DNA of 63,852 bases, the filler included, from Basidiobolus ranarum (lineage: Eukaryota): assembly GCA_040143965.1 (NCBI GenBank). It is 25 parts of 25 records of this genome, joined end to end, with 100 filler letters (N's around TTAATTAATTAA, not from the genome) between each part and the next. Parts side by side here need not be neighbours in the genome. Positions count along the whole stretch, not along the records: positions 25,646 to 28,105 come from JASJQH010010192.1; positions 28,206 to 30,664 come from JASJQH010010193.1; positions 30,765 to 33,223 come from JASJQH010010194.1; positions 33,324 to 35,780 come from JASJQH010010195.1; positions 35,881 to 38,336 come from JASJQH010010196.1; 20 more parts are not named here. One strand, given 5' to 3'. Position 1 is the stretch's first letter. The number at the start of each line of letters is the position of its first letter. Below are positions 26,755-38,336 of the stretch, piece by piece. Position numbers and translations under genes: made by a program. The notes under the pieces are model-generated. The model was not told where the DNA came from, did not search any database, and saw only the letters and a program-made list of their open reading frames with translations.

Positions 26755-26899
26755 ATGTGCCAAATCCCTAAGACGCAAAAAGGCTGCTGTCATTGAATCT
26801 CATGAGAAACCAGATATGGAGGCCATTCCTCAAGTATATGAAGATATGCATGCTGGGAAAATTGCCGGTCGTATTGTTCTTGACATGCACAGCCATTAG
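26755..26899 (+). pseudogene. Internally deleted alcohol dehydrogenase paralog
   Basis: The ADH-like N-terminus MCQIPKTQK(+1 frameshift)AAVIESHEKP is fused directly to the C-terminus DMEAIPQVYEDMHAGKIAGRIVLDMHSH*. TATATATAA lies upstream. Confidence 0.85.
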
Positions 26900-27422
26900 A
26901 TCATCTTAATTTCATAAAAGTGTACATTTCATCATAGCGTACAGTAGTTAATGTTGTATGAATGCTTAGCAGAGTCATTCCAGTCTACCTTATATTAGTG
27001 GTTGAATCAAAGTTATCGGTTCCTAATTTGCTCCAATCCATTTGATTGCTTAGTGCTGTACAGGGGGCTCATTAGAGGAATTGGGTGCTAAATTTATTTA
27101 TTGGAAGAGGTGAATTTGTTATATTTGAGGGATACATTCCTCCTACAAGCATTTACCAAAGGTTCCATAGATTTATTAAACTATGATCAAAATTCCCTTC
27201 TAACAGGGCTAGTAATATAGGACCAGTAATATAGGAGTAACGAAAGTAATGTACTAGCGAGCTATTAATTAGTCGGGATTTAACAATTCAGAAAAAATTA
27301 CCGAGTTTTAATTATTCATAGATGTAAAGATGAAACTCCTGAATATTTGTTGTTAAAAAACCTTCTCTCTCGAACTGTTCAATAGTATATTCTACGGTGC
27401 ATCCTTCACTTATCCAAATATT

Positions 27423-28105
27423 ATGAAATATATCACTGCAGCTGCGTTCTTAGCCATCCTTTCCGCTACTACTGCACTACCAACTTACAATACTCCAAAG
27501 CCTAGTCCAAGCAAGTACTGTACAGGCCTAGTGGATAAACTCAACACTCTTGGTGCTAGTTTAGATGTAGCAGTCTGTGTTGGAAAGCCCGAGAAACCTG
27601 GATATACCCCTACGGATCTTGATAAGATGAGCTGCCAAGAGTTAGTGACTGCTGTCTCAGCATTAAAGATCAAAGCGGACGCAGGTATTTGTACTAAAAG
27701 TGATAAGAAGTCCACTGACTACGGAGATAATGGAAGCCAATCTTGGAAGAAAGGGGGTACAGGTCTCAAAACGGGATCCTATTCAGACAAGAGCTCTACT
27801 AGTCCAAATCAACCTGGAAAGGATAGTAGTGGGAGTGGTACCTATCACAGTGTAAATCCAGGTGATAAAGGTAGTTCAATAGGACATCAAAACCCAGCTG
27901 GCGGTGGAAGTAGTGACAAGTACACGGCTCCTGCCAAAGATGGCTACACTAAGGGAAGAAAAACAGCATCTCCGCCTTCGTGTAATGATATTTATAACAG
28001 CCTAAGTCTTCTTGGAGGTAAGGTTGATGCCAGCATATGTCTCAGCAAGAAAAATATAGGCCCCACAGCACCAGTATTGTCAGCTGATACAGGATGTGCA
28101 ACTCT
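27423..28105 (+). CDS. Secreted protein with repeated C-x18-C amphipathic motif and G/S/K-rich linker (3' truncated)
   Basis: Signal peptide MKYITAAAFLAILSATTA. Three 20-aa Cys-bounded repeats and the probable start of a fourth. Confidence 0.85.
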
Positions 28106-28205
28106 NNNNNNNNNNNNNNNNNNNNNNNNNNNNNNNNNNNNNNNNNNNNTTAATTAATTAANNNNNNNNNNNNNNNNNNNNNNNNNNNNNNNNNNNNNNN
28201 NNNNN

Positions 28206-30430
28206 CGTGGACCTGAAAAACCCTAAAAAAGCTGGCAGCCCCCAGAAAACACTCTAAGGCTAATACTCTCCAAGTGCTTGGAATAGCAAGAAGGATGCTT
28301 TTAGGACACCCTCAAATCCAAAACAGTAATGCTGGCTATTTTAGCTACTTCAGGCCCAATAAGACAAGCCTAGTTTTGTTAGCCTTAGATGTAGAAGACC
28401 TTATTATAGCATTCAATGACATAAAAACTTTTGAGAGAACAAAATTCAGCTTATTTGCTAAATTCAAAATAATTGCTCTTGGTGAACTGTCATACTATGG
28501 ACTAGTTCTCTGTGATAGTGCCAGATTGTGCTCTATATATCATATTGGATAAAGTATTCTAAAATTTATGCAGCACAATTTGGCACTATTCATCAACCTC
28601 TGGCATGATCAATTTCAATCACATTTACTCTAATATATTGATCAAAGGTCCAACAAATCCTGGCACAATGGAACAAGTCCTATCTTGAAATGCATATTAA
28701 GATAAATAAAGCTACCAAGAAAATAACTTTAAACCGGTCTAAGCATATCCTAGATATACTAAAGAAGTCTAAATTGGAAGAATGTGATTTATGTTAAAGT
28801 TTATTGTCTTTATTATATTTTTTATCTCTATCTTTATACATCTAACTATTTCATATATCCCATATAAGTTAGCTAACATCACTTTGTCAAATATCACTTA
28901 GCTGAAAATTGGAACATATATTATATCCATATGTGATAATGTGAGAATTGGCAATTCCATATTGGAAATTTCAAACTCATCCAAATTGCCCCAACAATAG
29001 CTTATTTTACTCCCACAGATATTTGGAACACATCCCCAGTGTTAGTTTTCTGTATTTCCACCAAAAAGTATAAATGCTTTATATCTGGACAGTAAACAAT
29101 TATCTCACAAAGCTATCCACAACTCCACTTTTCTAAAGTTCCTCCAAACAGGCCATATTTTCCCAAACATTTAGCATCTACCTCAATGGAGACAGGTCTT
29201 AACTTGACCAAAAATGCTCAAATCAGATTTTCATTGATTCAAATGAAAGCCAGGAATTTCCTTATTAATCTATAGTTGGTAGTTATATATATATCATGGT
29301 TGGAACACAGCCAGATACTGCATATTCTGTGGGAGTTTTGTGCCAGTAACTTCAAAATTATGGATCTGATCAAACTGTAGTAGTTAACCGGATTTTCATA
29401 TATTTGAAAGGCACTGTGAATCAGTGCTTAAAATAAGCACATTCTGGATCATACTTTGATCTGACAGGATATTTAGATGCAAATTGGGGGCAAGAAATTG
29501 AAGACCTGTGATCTGCAATAGGATTTATACTTCTTTGCTGTAATATAGCCAATTCTTGGAATTCAAAGAAACAACCTACTGTAGCACTTTTAACAACACA
29601 AGCAAAATACATGGCTGCCTGTAGAGCAACAAAAGAAGCAATATGGTGAAGAAAACTCTTGCAAGTTATGCTATTCTCAAAACCTCCCAACTACAATATT
29701 TCAAAAAATGCAACAATGAATGTAATTAGCTAAAACTTTCATGTTTTATAATAAAAGCAAACATATTGATATTGGTCATCAGTTCAATAGAAAGACTATG
29801 GAAAATAGGTTTATTGACTTGACTTATTTTTCTACAAAAGACATGATGGCTAATATATTGCCCAAGCCATTAGCTAGACAGAAATTTGAGAAATTTAAAT
29901 CTTCCTTAAGATTAGTTTATTTAACTATTAAGTTGAGAGAGTGAGTTGAAATTAGATTTGCCTAACACCTGTATATTCATATATATAGTTTAGTACTTAG
30001 TTATCTCATATTTCACCAAGATAATGCTAATATTTCTCAATTTGAATTTACTTAGAATACTTTTACCAACTCCATAGTTCTAAGATATATAGATTTTTAA
30101 AGTTGTGCTAGCAATCCCAAACAATGCAAACATGCTCCTGCAACCTTCCTTAACACATTCTATACATTAGTTTGCTTACATCTTGACAATGTTGAAAGTA
30201 GCATTGCCTAAACAGTATATAGACATAAATAGCTTGCACTTAGTTATCCTAAAGTTTGCCAAGAAGTTATCCATTATTCTCAATTTGAGCTTACTTAGAA
30301 AATGTTTACCAAGTTAGAAGTTCTCAAATATACAGATTTTTCAAACTTGTGTTAGAAGCCCCAAACTTTACACACTTGTTCCTGGGACCTTCCTTAACAC
30401 ATTCTACACATGAGTTTATTTGATTCTTGA
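28206..30430 (+). mobile_element. Degenerate Copia RT-RNase H with PPT and LTR family A pieces
   Basis: LALDVEDLII, VALLTTQAKYMAA, KSKHIDI and MMANILPKPL motifs. Purine tract GAGAGAG precedes TGAGTTGAAATTAG at about 29942. A second LTR-A starts TGTTGAAAG at about 30190. Confidence 0.85.
28792..29169 (+). mobile_element. Solo LTR of Copia family B (378 bp) with TTTA target-site duplication
   Basis: TGTTAAAG...CCCAAACA flanked by TTTA on both sides. Removal restores the host RT frame (ECDLASTSMETG). Homologous to 44426-44803. Confidence 0.85.
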
Positions 30431-30434
30431 CAAA

Positions 30435-30664
30435 ACTATAAATGTCAACTCACTCTGGCAAATTGATTAATGCTTCATCATTGCTTGAGATAGTTTCCAG
30501 CATCTTAATTTCTTCCAAAGTGGAGAGAGGATTGCTACACTGCTCATCAATGAAGTCCTCTGTTCTTGCTGGTTTTTTTCCTTTTATGCCAGCAGGCTTT
30601 GGCTTAGAAGCCAATTTTGATATAGATTTTGAATGCTTTTTCAATGGCATTGAAATTTCAGATG
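30435..30664 (-). mobile_element. CACTA accessory ORF 5' fragment
   Basis: MPLKKHSKSISKLASKPKPAGIKGKKPARTE; the same sequence lies divergent from the transposase start in contigs 17 and 23. Confidence 0.6.
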
Positions 30665-30764
30665 NNNNNNNNNNNNNNNNNNNNNNNNNNNNNNNNNNNN
30701 NNNNNNNNTTAATTAATTAANNNNNNNNNNNNNNNNNNNNNNNNNNNNNNNNNNNNNNNNNNNN

Positions 30765-31567
30765 GGTCAACAAGGAGAGAGCGAATCAAGGTCTACACCC
30801 TTTGGTATTGAGTAGGTAAGTGCAGAGTATTTTAGTATGTGTATGTGTATACTTTTAGTATGTGTATGTGTATGTGTATACATATATGTATATGTATGGG
30901 TGCGAGTGCGAGTAGAAATGAGAGTAAGAGTAAGAGTGATAGTGATAGTACTAACATTTCTCTCAATAGCGAGTTGAATGATGTCTGCCATCGTCACTCC
31001 CTTATGCAGGCCCAGTACAACCGAATGACCCACGACAGGTACGATCATTCACCCATGGACAAGGCGATCAATGAGCATGGTCTGAAGTGGACCCAGTATG
31101 GAGAGAATGTAGCTCGTGGACAGCAGAGCGAGGAGATTGTGATGAATGTTTGGATGCACTCACCACGTAAGTAATAGTATTTACTATGCTTTTCCCTGAC
31201 TTGACCTGGCATGACTTTTCGAGTCAGATCTGGGGTAGGGTGGTTGAATCAAGTGGGTCTACCTCAGGATATGCCTCATACTCCAGTGTTGGAGTATTGA
31301 GTATTGATGAGATATTCCCACTCTCACTCTCACTTTCACTTTCACTGCCATCACCAAAACCACTACCATTACACTCCCCCACTTGTACTTACATATGCAG
31401 AGAACAGGATACTCATCTCTTTATTCCACCCACAAATAGCACATCGTCGCAACATCCTTAACCCAACCTTTACCCATATGGGAGCAGCATTGGCACAACC
31501 CGGCAACTACTGGACTCAAGGATTCGCCACACTCCCAGGAAAGTGGAATGCACCTATGTGCCCTTAG
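30765..31567 (+). CDS. CAP/SCP (YkwD-like) domain protein, 5' truncated; exons 30765-30815, 30970-31166, 31440-31567
   Basis: Spliced product VNKERANQGLHPL...MTHD...GENVARGQ...WMHSPPHRRNILNPTFTHMG...YWTQGF, with GTAAGT..TAG introns. Confidence 0.9.
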
Positions 31568-32415
31568 AGTGAGAAGCCAAGCCCGGAGTCAAATATTTCC
31601 AAAGGAACAGTACTAGATCGTGAACAGATGCTCACAGTAACAATATCCACGGTTCAAACCACCAATATCCTTATAGATTTTTGTAGAAGAATATGATTGA
31701 GCTTTCAGAGAGCAATGGCATTTATTTGGACTGAAGAGTACAAATCGGAATCTAAATAAAGTAACATTGTCATACTACTACTACTGCTACTACTCACGGG
31801 TTTACTCCTTTGTTTATGCAAGCATATATATATGGATTCATTCAACATAAACTAGAACGTTCCCTAATCAGGACATTCAATCATTTTAATCGTGAGAAAT
31901 TATCAGGTATGTAATGTTATGGTATATACCGTGGTACTAATAGTATATCTTATCGAATATCAAATAACACAACTAGTTGGACATATACTAAAGAGCAACG
32001 ATTATATAGACTACAGAGTCGCTGACCAAGAAGTAAACGGAATCGAAGCTCATTTGGTTTCGTTTATCTGTGTAATAAGTTAAATGAAAATGCATCCAGA
32101 TAGACATAAATTCCCACAGTAACGATAATAATATCAATTCATCATATTAGATGATCAAACATCTGTGGTTCAATCTATAACACCACACAGAACAATGGAG
32201 AAGACAAGATCGATGGGCTGGTAAAATATCAGAAGAAGCGAGAGTAATATTACAGACTATCTAGTTGCTACCCATTAAAGTCAAAGAGAACTATCTGTGG
32301 GAGAGTAGAGAAATAACAGCATATACTACATGCTACATATCTCTTGCCGGATTCACGTGATTTGGGAATTCTATATAATGATGTAACTCCCTATGTCTGC
32401 TAGCAATTATAGAAA

Positions 32416-33223
32416 ATGCAGTACGTAGGCAAAGTGCTAACTACTGTGACCGAGTTTTACAAAGAGATTAATTCAGCTACCTTGTCCGGAGCCATTGACA
32501 TCGTTGTAATCGAACAGCCTGATGGTGAACTTGCTTGCTCTCCCTTTCACGTTCGGTTTGGAAAACTCCAACTTCTTAGACCACAAGATAAAAAGGTTGA
32601 AAGAATCTTCATAACTATTAGAATACCATATGTGTTACGTAAATTCTATACTTAATACGCTCAAATGTAACATTCTTTAGGTTGAAGTTGCCGTGAATGG
32701 AAAGGTGGTGAACTTTCCTATGAAAGTAGGCGATGCCGGTGAAGCTTTCTTTGTGTTTGAAACTGAGGTTTTTAGAATTTGAAATTGTCGAGGCACTTTG
32801 GAATATGAAGCTTACCTATCTTTCGTATTTTTAGGAATTAGTACCCGATGAATATAGTACTTCTCCATTAGTAGAAGCTGTAGAAGGAGAAGAGGTATAT
32901 TATTGATGTTCCTCTGTTCTGAGTACACTATCAACAGACATATTAACAAAAGTTATTTTGAATTAGGAGCCGGAATTTTTGGATATAGGACCTTCCACAG
33001 AACCTGTAGGGGAAGAAAATGGTATTTTGAATGTTTTCGACTCCTCTGTGGAACATTTCACTAAATGCTCGTCAACAGATACTGGATATGTGAGTGCTCA
33101 TAGTGGACATGGTACAGGTAAGGGATGTCTGGTTATTGCGCACAAGATGATGTTTTCGGCTAACCGTATTGCCAAATTAGAATTTGGAGAGGATGAGAAA
33201 TCGAGTGATACTGTTACACATAG
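32416..33223 (+). CDS. PAH1: Lipin / phosphatidate phosphatase N-terminus (multi-exon, 3' truncated)
   Basis: N-LIP domain MQYVG...INSATLSGAIDIVVIEQPDGELACSPFHVRFGK, then VNGKVVNFPMKVGDAGEAFFVFETE after an intron at 32596-32680. Confidence 0.95.
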
Positions 33224-33323
33224 NNNNNNNNNNNNNNNNNNNNNNNNNNNNNNNNNNNNNNNNNNNNTTAATTAATTAANNNNNNNNNNNNNNNNNNNNN
33301 NNNNNNNNNNNNNNNNNNNNNNN

Positions 33324-33547
33324 AAGTGTCAAGTTGGAGTCATATCTTTTGCACATGTGTTGATCCATAATTCTCTGATATTGTAGCCAATCATGTGCAA
33401 CTATTTTGTGATATCTTGAAATTTCACTCCTGAAACTGAAAAAATTGATTACAATCAAATCTAACTTGACAATTTTATGATGATAAGTAAATGTGTTGAA
33501 GTTGTAATGGTTTTCCTACAATAACAATCCTCAAATTTCTGTTAGGG
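33324..33547 (-). mobile_element. CACTA left end (copy)
   Basis: Ends CAATCCTCAAATTTCTGTTAGGG. Confidence 0.75.
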
Positions 33548-34135
33548 AGAGCATTTATGCCTAGCCACCAATTCATAGTACTTAATCTTGGCCATTTCTT
33601 GATATAAGCAACCCTTTCCCCAAGTGAAGAATATCTAGCCTGAAGACCATCCAAAACTTCACCATATCCTTTATCCTTTCTTATACTACATATTCTACCC
33701 TGTATCATAATACGATAGTAAATATTCCTACTGCAACTCAAGTAGACTTGACAATTGAAGTTTGGATTTGTTTATAGTTATCTTCACTGTTGCAGCCATA
33801 AAATGTACTTCACTCTTGATCAAAGTCTTTACAATCTTAAAGAACTATGTCTTTTTCTTCAGACTTTAAGTTAGAGAAATCCCTAGAGATAAATGTACCC
33901 TTGTAGTATTGAACATTCTTGATACATCTATCAATAGAAAAAATCTTTTCTTAGAAAGTCTTTAAGCTATTGACACACTATCGTGAGTCTTTACCCATTA
34001 GAGATACAGTGATGAATATATCTCCTGACAATATTTTTAAGCTTCCAGTATAAAAATTCAGCTTTGCTGGGGATTTGTGGTAGGATTAAACTTTCTTTGG
34101 AGTATTTAAATAACACTCCTCTCCCACACTACAAA

Positions 34136-35140
34136 TGTTAAAGTTTTAGGGAGCCTGTTTGAAGTGCTTTGGAGAATTAGAGGAATTTGTGGTTTTCACT
34201 TATTGATTTATTGAGTAGAAAGTTGAAATATTTAGTTTTGTCAAGATGTAAGCAAAAAAACATGTATAATGTGTTAAGGAAGGTCCCAGGAACATGTGTG
34301 CACAGTTTGGGGCTTCCAGTACAAGTCTGAAAAATCTATATATCTGAGAACTCTAAGTTGGTAAAAACATTCAAAGTAAATTCCAATTGAGAATAAATAA
34401 TATTATCGTAGTAAATTATAAGATAACAAAGTACTAAGCTATATATGACTATATAAGTGTTTAGGCAATGTTAATTTCAACACTCTCCCTTCACTAAATA
34501 GTCATATGAACTAAACCTAATAAAGGTATAAATTTCTCAATTTTCTGTCTAGATTATGGTTTGGGCAATATATCAGCAATCATGGCTTCTGTAGAACAAT
34601 ATTTGAGTCAGTAAACTTATACTATATAGTCTCTCTAATGAAGTGATGCTTAATATCTATATGTTTGCTTCTATTGTGAAATGTAGCATTTTTAGCTAAT
34701 TTGATACAACTTTCATTATCTTGAAATATTGTAGTTGGTGAATTTAGAGAATAACCTAAATCTGTTAAGAGTTTTCTTCACCATATTGCTTCTTTTGTTG
34801 CTTCACAGGCAGTCTTGTATTCAGCTTCTGTTGTTGAAAGTGCAATGGTAGGTTGTTTCTTTGAATTCCATGAATTAGCTCCATTACAGCAAAGAAATAT
34901 GTATCCTCATTTTCTCTTCCCCAATTTGTATCTGATTGTCCCATCAGATCAAAGTTTGATTCTGGACAGATGTATTTTAAGCACAGATCTGCAGTACCTT
35001 TCAAATTTCTGAAAATCCACCTACTTGCTATGAATTGATCAGATCTATAATTCTGAAGATATTGGTACATAATCCCCACAGAATAAGCAATATCTGACCA
35101 TTTTCAACCATAGATTGATAATGAAAATTCTGGCTTTCAT
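34136..35140 (-). mobile_element. Copia family A RNase H, PPT and 3' LTR (34136-34482)
   Basis: ALSTTEAEY and KHIDIKHHF motifs. PPT GAAGGGAGAG precedes TGTTGAAATT; the LTR ends TTTAACA. Confidence 0.9.
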
Positions 35141-35143
35141 TTG

Positions 35144-35780
35144 TGTTAGAGGATCTTGACATATTGGGGGTAGACTTTGAGTATTATAAGCAACTTATGA
35201 TTGTGTGTTTTAGTTACTTTATTCCTAAAAGTAAACAGTGACTTATATAGTAGAAAAGTAAATCAATTGTTTGAGATATTCAGGAGTTTGTGTAATAAGC
35301 TTTAATGGATAAGTGGGGTAATAAGACATACTGGTTATATAGATATAGAGATATTCCTATTTAGAATATAGGGGCTATAGATATATTGCTTTCTGCTTCT
35401 GATATATGTATCATAACTACAGTCAACTATGATGTTGAATAAAGATTAATTATCCAACACCTTCCCTTAATTCTAATTCAGCATTGCACTTATATTCACT
35501 AATGCCTATTTCTGCTCTTAACTTCTCAAAGTTTGAAGTTTTGAGTGGTTTTGTTAGTATATTGGCAAGCATGTTTTCAGTATTACAATAAATAAAGTGC
35601 ACTTCTTTGTCTTGAGTTATCTCTTGTATAAAATGATTTCTTATGTCAACATGTTTCATCCTTGAGTGATGCTCAGGATTCTTGGTGATCTGAATACAAC
35701 TAATATTATCTTGATATATTAGGGTACGATTAACTTGATCATATCCTGATTCCTTGAGAAGCCTCATTAGCCATATAGCT
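35144..35780 (-). mobile_element. Copia family C RNase H, PPT and 3' LTR (35144-35459), nested in the family A element
   Basis: HSRMKHVDIRNHFI...MLANILTKPL. PPT AAGGGAAGG, then TGTTGGATAA...TCTAACA. The LTR matches 62657-62973. Confidence 0.9.
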
Positions 35781-35880
35781 NNNNNNNNNNNNNNNNNNNN
35801 NNNNNNNNNNNNNNNNNNNNNNNNTTAATTAATTAANNNNNNNNNNNNNNNNNNNNNNNNNNNNNNNNNNNNNNNNNNNN

Positions 35881-36480
35881 TGTATGTGCCTCATTTCAGA
35901 GTCTCTGATATGTACTTAGAGTGTAGGGAGTACATTTTTCTGCTTGTTGTGAAAGGCAAGGAGAGCTTCTGGTGGTCTCTTTGGCTCTAAATCCTCTCCT
36001 GTAACAAATCCCCTTAGGTCCTTGTCTTCCAGGACTATTTGCATCTTGAATTTCCAAAGGTTAAAGTCTTCACTATCAAACTTCTCTGTGAATGCAAAAA
36101 TATTGATGATGGTACTAGTGGATATTCCTTTAACAGCTAGCTTGGGGCTCATAACCAGCTAATATTGTTTAGGGGATTTGGAAGTGTTTTGAACATGATT
36201 TGGACTTGTTAATTAAATACTTAAGTTTTTTTGAATTGAATATGTCTTATTCATGGTTTGCTATGCAATAGGACTATTGATACATGCTTAGATTGTAACA
36301 AACATGCTGTTAAGCATGAGTGAAAATTGGAGGTAATTTGGAGAAGATTTGCAAAAATAGTGAAAATTAGTAAAAGTGATCTAATTGATAGAAATTTCAA
36401 TTAGGGCAATAAACACCCATTTTCAAATGGCAGAATTGAGTGCTAAATAATATGAACATGAATAAACTAACTACTAAATA
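35881..36480 (-). mobile_element. Copia family E LTR, half-tRNA PBS (36145-36156) and gag start
   Basis: FDSEDFNLWKFKMQIVLEDKDL gag N-terminus. GGTTATGAGCCC is complementary to the tRNA-iMet anticodon arm. Confidence 0.8.
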
Positions 36481-37589
36481 TTTTTGAAGGTCTTGTATCA
36501 TTGTTGAGTGACCCTTCAGCAGATAGATAGTTTCTTAAGAATGCTGCATTAAGTGCAATATTGTAGCATAATTGTTGTCATGGCCTATATAGTGACTTTG
36601 TACTTGAATTATGATTGCCTTCAAATCATTATGGCATTCTGCTTGAGATACCCTTGTAATAAGTCCATCCATATGTGGTAAGGAGTGGTGTGTAATAGTT
36701 GGCAAAATTGGCCTTCTGGTCTGCCAGATTGTTATAATGATGCTCATAGGTGTGGTGTGAAATTGATCTAAATTCAGTATGATAATTTTTAACATTGTGA
36801 TTCTGAGATGCAAGCAGCAGGTATAACTGTAATATCTGGAGGGTTATGCAAGGGATCCAAAGAGTGCAATACCCATAGGTGCATAAGCTAGTCAAGGCCT
36901 CTCTAGTAATGCCATAGCTGGTAACTGTCTCTCATGGTCTTTGCTATGCTTCCTCTTTAAGTATTGTGTAAGAAATAGTGAATTTTAAGTGGAGATCACA
37001 AGTAGTGTTTGTTAGTTAAGAAGCAGGAAAGATGTTTGTTTGACAGATAAGGATGCTATTAGAGCTTTTCTGCAGGTATAATGGCATAAAAGTGAATATT
37101 TCCAGAATGTTCAAGAATATTCTATTAACAGGTATGCTAGGTTATTACAGCATCATAGATCAGCAATTACTTGTCTATGTAATGATCTGGAAAGTTGAAA
37201 TGTAATCCAGAAAGTCATGATATACTCCATCATAATCAGGCTTTGATTAGTGAGAATTAAACAAGTTACCAAATAATTTGAGAAAGTTATATATTTATAA
37301 TAGAGGTTGACACTAATAAATCTAAAATAATAGGGAAATTGCAAATATTGCAATATTGATCCTCAATTTTGGGATTGCATTGTTCAATTTTCTATGTTTC
37401 TCTAATGGCAGGTTTTGGGCTTTGCTGCCAGAGGAATTTTAATTAAAATTCATGCACTTATTTAGAAATTTTAGGTTTGTTATATCCAGCCAAAACAAGA
37501 ACCAAAAAAAACAATATGGTCTTATTTAGTCCTTATATATGCACATATTTGATGGACAATACACAACTCAATAATATCACTAAACCTTG

Positions 37590-38336
37590 CCATCAAACTA
37601 CCACTAAAAAAATTGTTGGATATCTGAGATATATAAAAGCACTGACACTTGCTGATGGATGACTCTTCTTACCATTCACAATGCTAGCAAGTTATGAGAT
37701 TCTGGCAAATTTTCATTAAGAATTTAGCCAAAATATCCCTGAATTGCAATCCACAAATGGCTTGCCACAAATAGCAATGTCATTAGTTGTTAGATTGCCC
37801 CAAGGCCAAGACAGTAATACCATATATCTTGATTTCTTTGACAAGTTTGCAACATTTGTAGAAGTGCCATTGGTTTATCATAAGGCCCAAGTGGTCTAAA
37901 TTATAGAGGTACTTACTGGGTGACTATGGATTGGGTCTTGCTGCTATTAAAATTCCCAAATAATGCAAAAACAAGTGAGCACCCTGAAAAGAGCCCTGTG
38001 TTTAAAGGATAATAATGATCAGAGTCTCCTTAACCCATTGCATTACATCCATCACTTTAATTAAGTCCTATGTTCTTGCTGGTTTTTTTCCTTTTGTGCC
38101 AGCAGGCTTCAACTTAGAGGCTGAATTTGATTTAGATTTTGAATGCTTTTTGAATGGCTTTGAAATTTTCAGATGGTAACTTTGGTGTGATGAAATTGCT
38201 TAGAAACAGCTTAGTATAAATCAAAACTGCCATCCATTACCAGAAATATCTTGTAAGTCTCCCAATACTCATTTGTGAAACCATCTCAGAATCTGCTGAT
38301 GCTAATGATGCTAGCTCCAGTTAATCTGATTTCAGG
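37590..38336. mobile_element. Old CACTA remnants (transposase 3' region and accessory-ORF 5' region)
   Basis: About 37590-38057 resembles 11280-11750. About 38065-38336 resembles 30560-30664 and 56311-56520. Confidence 0.6.

Noticed and set aside
36535..36895. Possible RNase H-like remnant (HHYNNLADQKAN)
   Set aside because: Too degenerate to assign without a profile search.
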